Shown: positions 57,111-64,000 of the stretch, piece after piece
Layout of the letters: each line of letters opens with the position of its first letter
How positions within the stretch are numbered: the stretch's first letter is position 1
Source of the DNA: Camelus dromedarius
Lineage: Eukaryota
Assembly (NCBI RefSeq): GCF_036321535.1
Contig: NC_087436.1
Span: 89,902,001 to 89,966,000, forward strand
Direction of reading: 5' to 3'
DNA length: 64,000 nt
Translations under genes and position numbers: made by a program
Notes under the pieces: generated by a model
Seen by the model: the letters and a program-made list of their open reading frames with translations, nothing else
Databases searched by the model: none
What the model was told of the DNA's origin: nothing

Positions 57111-60100
57111 TGTATTTATTTACTTCCCTTTCAATAACACCTTCTTGGACATCTAAATAGTTTTTAAAAGTGCATTTGATTCATATACTAGAATGGGAGA
57201 TATCTTATTTTCTTACACATTTAAATACAACATAGCTCTTCTGGGTGGTTTACAGAAGGGTGCAGTAGTCCAAACAGTACACAATGCTTGAAGTCAAGCA
57301 ATAAAAATGTATGGTTAGTATTATTAAACGGTTTAAAAATATTGTTCTTATAAGTTCTGCATTGCCCTCTTAATATGTGACTATACATTATAAATTTATA
57401 AATATGTACATATGTAAAAATAGTTGTAAATAGAAGTTTCTGTAGGACCACAGAAAAGACTCATCCATCCCTTTGGCAGAAAGCTGCACCTACATTGGTG
57501 GTACCAGTTTTATTCAAATTTAAGGTAGATTGACCAGAAAACTTAGTTATGTTTATTTTTAGTTTCGGTTGTTTAAATCTTATTGAGCCTAAGGACATGC
57601 TGATAGCTGAGATTTGCCTATCATGTAGATCAGGATTTGCTATTGTTTCTCTAACTTTGGTGTATTTTTTTTACACACTTCTTAATCTTTTAACGTTTGG
57701 ATAAATCAAAAGGAGCCTTTGATCTTGCTGGAGGGAGGGAAGATGCTTCATGGGATAGGATTAATACTACAGAACCAGAGTCTTTACATTTTTCTCCCTT
57801 TCATAAATCATTTTAAAAACACAAAATAAAAGTGACATGGACTTATTAAAATAAGGTTAATTTTTCAGGAAACATTTTTAATCAACTAGCAATGGTCTCT
57901 TTGGCCCATAATATGTATGCCAATTGTATGCAGCTGTACGTTGACATAAAGAGTTATGGTATGTACAAAATGTAGATAAATACATGTACATATATGAAGA
58001 TATAATCTCATCATTGTATAGCTACTGCTCCGGCTAAGCTAATGCTTACTCCACAAATATTTTTTATTTCCTAGTATTCACCAGGCCATAGGGATGGTGT
58101 TAATATCACTCACATCACACCGGCAGAATTTAGTTGAAAATCCAAGTGCACCTCATTCTTACAAAGACTGAAAATCAAAGACCAAATGTAATATATGAAT
58201 TAATTTAGCGCTGAGAGCTGTTTAATGAGTTATGAGACTACAAGTGTGCTAAGATGCTGGCTGTTTTGCTCTTTTCACCTATTTATGTCCTCATTGGTTT
58301 GAGTATAAAAACTGTAGTAATATAATCATTTAATAATTTTTTAAACTTCAGTGAGTTTTTAAGTGCCAAACTTAATGTTTAGCAATCTTTTCAGGGATCT
58401 CTCTATTTCGAATTTATCTCAGGTTTGGATAAGTGATCCCCTTGAGCCACGTTTCCAATTTTTGTTCTTGAATAGTTCATAGTTAATTTTAAAAGAACAC
58501 AAAAGCTATTATTTCACTCATAATTTTGGTATGTATATATGTAATGTTTTATGATGTGGCTCTTTTCATATTGTTGGTTGAAGTCGCTGAGCTCTGCCAT
58601 GATATCATAGATTCTGGAAAGGCACCAAAGCTCCAAGGATTCTAAGGATGTTGAACTTCGGTGTGGCCTGTCATCACTCCAATGGGAGGACAAGGGAAGT
58701 AGCTCAGGTCACCTCCTGCAAAGTCATGGTTCTTCAACATCTATTAAGAATTTTTTTTTTCAAATGGCTCCATACTGGGTATCTTCAGACCTTATGAATT
58801 GTCAGAATGTTTATTACGTATTTTGAAATCTGGGGCCGTATTCATTGGTTATTACACAGGCTGTTCCTGTTATTAGTCTTCTGGCATTCCTATGCCCATC
58901 TGCATATTTTTGAAGCAATTCCCAGATTTTTTTTTCATATAAAAAGATTGAAAGTTCAAGGGAATCTTGAGCTGACCCATGGCTACCGTGTAGTGTACTT
59001 ATTTTCCTTTTAATTTAGGGCTTAAAGGCACCTTGGGCTTATCTTTTTTCAGTCCAAAGTATCCAGAAGTATAAAATTAAAACTGAGGAAGGGTGTGGTT
59101 ATTTTAACACTTGCATGCTTGGGAACCAGAGACAGTGTATCAAAATTTCTCATGACAGTGTGGTCAAGACAAATTATGATATTTTTCTCTATTGAATTCA
59201 TGCGTTAAAAAATGAAATTCAGTGTTTAATAAAATTCTTAATATCCACATCTTGTATTATCAACATTTATGTGCAAGATGCATATTTTTTCCACTAGTTT
59301 ATGTGCTCATATTTTCATCAAATTCAAAGACAAATTTAAGACCTCGAAAACAGGGGAAAGATCAAAGAGTAAAACCCACTTGAAAAATGAGTTTGTTGCT
59401 AATTAAACCTAATGAAGCATTTTCCCTTTTTAACTCCTAAGAAAGGTGAGCAATTGCATATGCATAGGTATATTCAGAGATATTTAACAGTCATGATTCT
59501 ATCAAGGTAAGCATCATGATTAAAATATTAAGATAGATTAAGTTCATGTAACAGGCATTTGGGAAAGGTAATAATCAAAATCTATTTCTGATAAGAATTT
59601 TGAATCATTTTCTTGAAAATTCTTAATGATCCAACATATTTAGACCACTGTTTTCAACCTTATTTAGGTGAAATGACCTACTTTGTCCTGTTTGTATAAA
59701 GAATATTTTTAACATATATAATTATATACCCCACTTCAAATCACTGTATGTTGAAGTTAATGCGTAACATCAGTCAATATTGCCAGTAGGGAAGAATGAC
59801 CAGATTTATGTTTATGGTAATATTCTCGAAGAACCTTTAATGAGGTCTTAGCTTTGATTAGAAGGAGGGGTATGTGTATGTCTGTGTGTTTATTTCCCAG
59901 GTATGAGAAATTTTGACAAATTTATGAAATCCAAACAGTTAATTTTATTAATGATTTCAATTCCAAACGTAGCTCTTATTAAAGTAGTTATTAACTTAGT
60001 AGAATAGCTTTTTTTTTTTCCCAATAGGTCCATAACGAAGTTATCTGTTGGAGTTTAGTCTTGAGCTCTATATGGTTAGAGATATCCTTCTTAAAAAGGT

Positions 60101-61999
60101 GTACCCATTTTTCTGTTGTACTTCTAGTTGGCTCTTTTGAGCCATTAAATTCAAAATGATATCACAGTTCTGCTTATAAGGTAAGATAGGAAAGTCTTTG
60201 AACTCCAACTTTCTCAATGGAGATTTGTTAAAGCCTCCACTAGATTTAATATCCCATTGATCCTTTGCAAATACCAAGTCATTTTATATTCACCACCAGT
60301 TAGTTTAGTATTTTTCTGAATTATATAGCAAACAACAATCATTTTTGTGAAACTAGCTACTCATTAACATTGGTTACTGGGAATTAATTTAGTTTCTGGG
60401 AATACACTATATTTTTCTTTTTTGGTCCATAGGTATAATAATATATTTAAAAGGCTTAAAGTTGATTAAGGACACAGAATAATGAGCACTTCCTTCTTTA
60501 TTTTTCTTCTTTTCTTTTTCTTAAATTTTGACAGCTGTGTTAGGGATTAGAGAGGTTTTGTTTTTCTTTGCCATACTGTTGTTTTCATAACATTTAAGAC
60601 TATTGGACTTCAAAGATCATGTACTGATTTCATCAGTTTTTTGCAAATTATTGTCTATAGAAAGAAATGTAAACTGATACTATATAAATGCCAGTGTTGG
60701 GACTGTAAGTGTTAAATTAGCTTAGTTGGTGTAAAAAGCTTTCAGTTTTTCATGTTTTGTTTTAGAAGACTTAGTTTACCACAACATGTTGCCAAATGAA
60801 AGCCTGTATTATTGGATAAATTAGAGTGCTTCCAACAAAATTGATCTGATTAAGAAAGCAAAACAAAGGCCTTAGACCCAGAATTACTTTAGAGATAATG
60901 GCTTAGAGATTTGTTCTCAATTATATATTTTTAAATATTCAAAACACTATTTGAAGCAGTTGGCTGTATTTTAAATCCAGCATGCTATGTGAAGAAATTT
61001 AATATATGATTAGAAAGGTCTAAATGAAATTGAACTTGAGCTACAGTTTTCATGAATGAAATTTTACCATCCATAGATAAATCCTCAATTATTGATTTGG
61101 GGTGCCTGCACTGTAATTGATTTCAAGTTTATTGGTATCCTAATTTTTTAAAGTTCTTCTGTGCAGATATAAATTCAGGTTTTGAGGTGGGCCAAACTGA
61201 AGAATGTGACCTTTCACGAAATATTTAGAGGTGATGTGCATGGAAACTTAAGAAAGCTTCATATTTGTTGCTAAATTAGAAAACTAAAAAACAAAAAGCA
61301 ATGAAATCATTTTCCCTTGCTACACATTAATAATAAAAGTACATGCAGAGAGAATGTATGATAAAGTTCCAACACTCAATTTTGAATAGTCATTAATTTG
61401 AAATTTTCTGGGTGACAGTGTGCTTGTATGGTAGGTTTTCTGGTTTGAGAAAATCATTCGAGAGCTAATAATATTTGTAATTTGTGACCTTGTTGTAACT
61501 GAGAAAAGTCATTATTTTTTATGTAAGATAATTTGACCTTTATTGAACGTGTCAGTGTGCTTGCTGTTTAAAAATTCCTTAAATAATCACATGCAAATTA
61601 ATGCTAAACATTATCTTTTTGTACTTATTAAAATTAATTTAAATATATTTGATCTGAAAATTGTGTTTTTTGTACTCTAACCATTCACTACATGTTTGCT
61701 TACAAGAACTGAATTCACTGCAAATATGGCTTTTTTATATTGGGATATAACACAAATATTTTGTAATAGTGATTTTAAATGTTATTAGTTTTTTGAATTT
61801 TTTTAAAGTAAAAAAGTTACAGCATAATAGGAAAAGTACAAACCCACCTAGAAATTTTAGGGAGGGTACCATGAATTGCTGATGTTGATCTCTTTAACAC
61901 TTTAAGAAAGTGGTGCTAGGGAAAGTATAGTGGCTTACCCAGAAAATTAGCTACCCTCTATGGTACAAAGTGTCACGTTTACATGAAACTGTCAAATAC

Positions 62000-62005
62000 A
62001 ATAAA
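62000..62005 (+). terminator. Candidate distal polyadenylation signal
   Basis: AATAAA followed by ttttcttttcttt. Confidence 0.4.
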
Positions 62006-64000
62006 TAAGATTTTCTTTTCTTTAGCTAGACTCAAGTTCATCATTCTATTTGTAAACCAGAAATCTTGCAGTTTTCTTGTTGGATCTATTCTTTTAATTT
62101 AAGGCAATATTGTTTAAATGAGTTCCTCTTGATTATTGCTATTATTGCTAATATCACTGAAATTAAATGCTTTTAAATGTCAAAAAGGTATAATAGCAAA
62201 GCAATTTTTAACAACATGGCAAGTTCTCATACAGTATTTCTCAACGCTTGCCACACTACAAAATTACCTGAGGACTTTTAAAAATCATTGGTCCTACCCT
62301 CGTTGGAATCTTATGTGAATGAGGGGTTATGAGAAAGTTTTTAATCTGCCTAAGCCATGGGTCTACCCTCCAGCCATGTGTCATGTTTTCATTTTATAAA
62401 CCTATCATGTTCATGGACTCCTTCTAACCTGTTTCTTTTTTAGAGACTTCTGCTTGCTTGTCTATAGCTTTTAGTTTAGTCTATATTAGTAAAGAAAAAA
62501 AGAAAAAAAATTAAATAAAAATTTAAATGAACAAGTTAGTTTTGTACATAATATAGTGAATTTAAGTTGCATCAAAACTTATATAGCCAAGTATTCATTC
62601 TTGAAATTTCACTATCTAATCAATTAATTAAAATTACTCTTACTCTCAATTTGTACCCACAGACCTGTAGTTAATTATGAACAATGTGAGTATATATATA
62701 TATATACACACATATATATATACATATAAAGTTATATTCTCATTGTCATTTTCAGCCTATGCTTTTTAATAAAATATTTTAAAAAATACTTATTATAACT
62801 TTTTTTGCTATTTCCCTGAAGTAAAGTATATTCAATTTAAATAATGAGGTGAGTTGTTTACAGTTTCAAATTCTCATATCAGTTCAATTACAGCCAGCAC
62901 AGAACTACATTCTTCAACTCTACTCAGCTAGTTTCTCCAGTGTCAATTTATAGTCCAGGCTTTGTCGAATTCATGTAAATGAAAGTGTGGTATAAATTGA
63001 AGCATTTATGTCATTTTGCTCTAAAGAATTCAGAATGGGAGGAACTGTGGCTTCAAGGGATTTTCTATGGAGTTAAAAGTTTTGCCTTACCTTTAAATTG
63101 CAAAGCCAAGGCAACTGCTGAGAAAGCAGTAAGACTCAAATAATGGTAGTCCTTGAAGACTGTTGCACTGCCAAATGGAGAAGGCTTTATATTTTCAGGT
63201 CTGTAGTCAATATTAATTAACTCTCTAATTATCAATATTATCTGTATCAGAGATTCTCAGGTACAGAGAGAGAACTAGAAAAATGAAAAACCAGATTCAA
63301 GTAGTAAAAATAGCACTAAGTCCCTCAGCTGCTCTGTGAAAAAATGTTGAATTATGTCCAATGTTCTTGGTTTAAGAAATCAGGGAAACTTTAAAAAATT
63401 ATGAACTTTCTCCATCAATAACTGCAGTGAACATTTTGGGGCTTAATTATTTAGGATTCATTTACCTAGAAAATTTGCACCACTAATGGCTTGAAATAGT
63501 ATAACATCTCTTCTATTAATGGAGAATTTCTAAATCATGTCTTAAGATGTAGAATAATGAAAACAATTGTAAACCAATGATTGAAGCAGATCAGTTTTGA
63601 ATTGTTCTTGCACTCACTGAAAGTTGTTTTACTTTCTAACTAAAATACATATGGAATGCCAGATAAATGGAAATATCAAAGAGTGTATCACTACTTAAAA
63701 GTCATTACGCCTGTCCTCTTAACCAGCTTAAAGGAGATTTCACGAGTGTGTAGAAGGGGTCACCCTAAGGCTTATCTCAAAGTCCAATCCATTCCAGACA
63801 ACTGTATTTATACCAGAGGAGAAAAATATTTATAATTCTCTAATTTTTTAAAAACTTTACCTCATACTGATCATTGCATTCCTCTTTTCTATAAGCTGGT
63901 ATCCTATCCAGTAATTATATTGAACTTTTTCACTACTTTAGGGAGCTTTAGGTAGTGCTGTTAAGGAACTATTTTACTGAAAGTCATATCTTGTTTACTG

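Larger units (their letters stand above)
55173..62030 (+). other. GABRA2: Probable long 3' UTR of GABRA2 (end uncertain)
   Basis: Follows the stop codon. AU-rich with no recognisable interspersed repeats, unlike the introns. Several AATAAA hexamers (55935, 57079/57084, 57105, 62000). The 3' end is inferred. Confidence 0.55.

Overview
AT-rich mammalian genomic DNA containing the 3' two-thirds of the GABA-A receptor alpha-2 subunit gene (GABRA2) on the + strand. Six constitutive GT-AG exons (221, 83, 144, 153, 203 and 297 coding nt) splice in frame to give 366 aa, from the ligand-binding domain and Cys-loop through TM1-TM4 to the stop at 55172. The promoter and N-terminal exons lie upstream of the window. 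A probable multi-kb, repeat-poor 3' UTR follows. The introns are filled with L1, L2, MIR, MLT1 LTR and DNA-transposon relics, and the youngest L1 3' ends look artiodactyl/camelid-like (inference). The main signal is missed by the ORF track: an intact, phase-0, 180-nt cassette exon (49456-49635) that would insert 60 aa into the M3-M4 loop, 12 residues before the gephyrin/collybistin-binding motif. It appears to sit inside an antisense ancient LINE relic, and a 57-nt paralogous copy of its core lies 1.3 kb upstream with its own in-frame acceptor. Also seen: a TSD-bounded L1 3' transduction, several duplication-plus-filler repair scars, an orphan CpG-rich intronic patch and a Pumilio-element-rich 3' UTR. 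No prokaryotic systems, CRISPR arrays, tRNA or rRNA genes are supported. Repeat family names are by eye, not by RepeatMasker.
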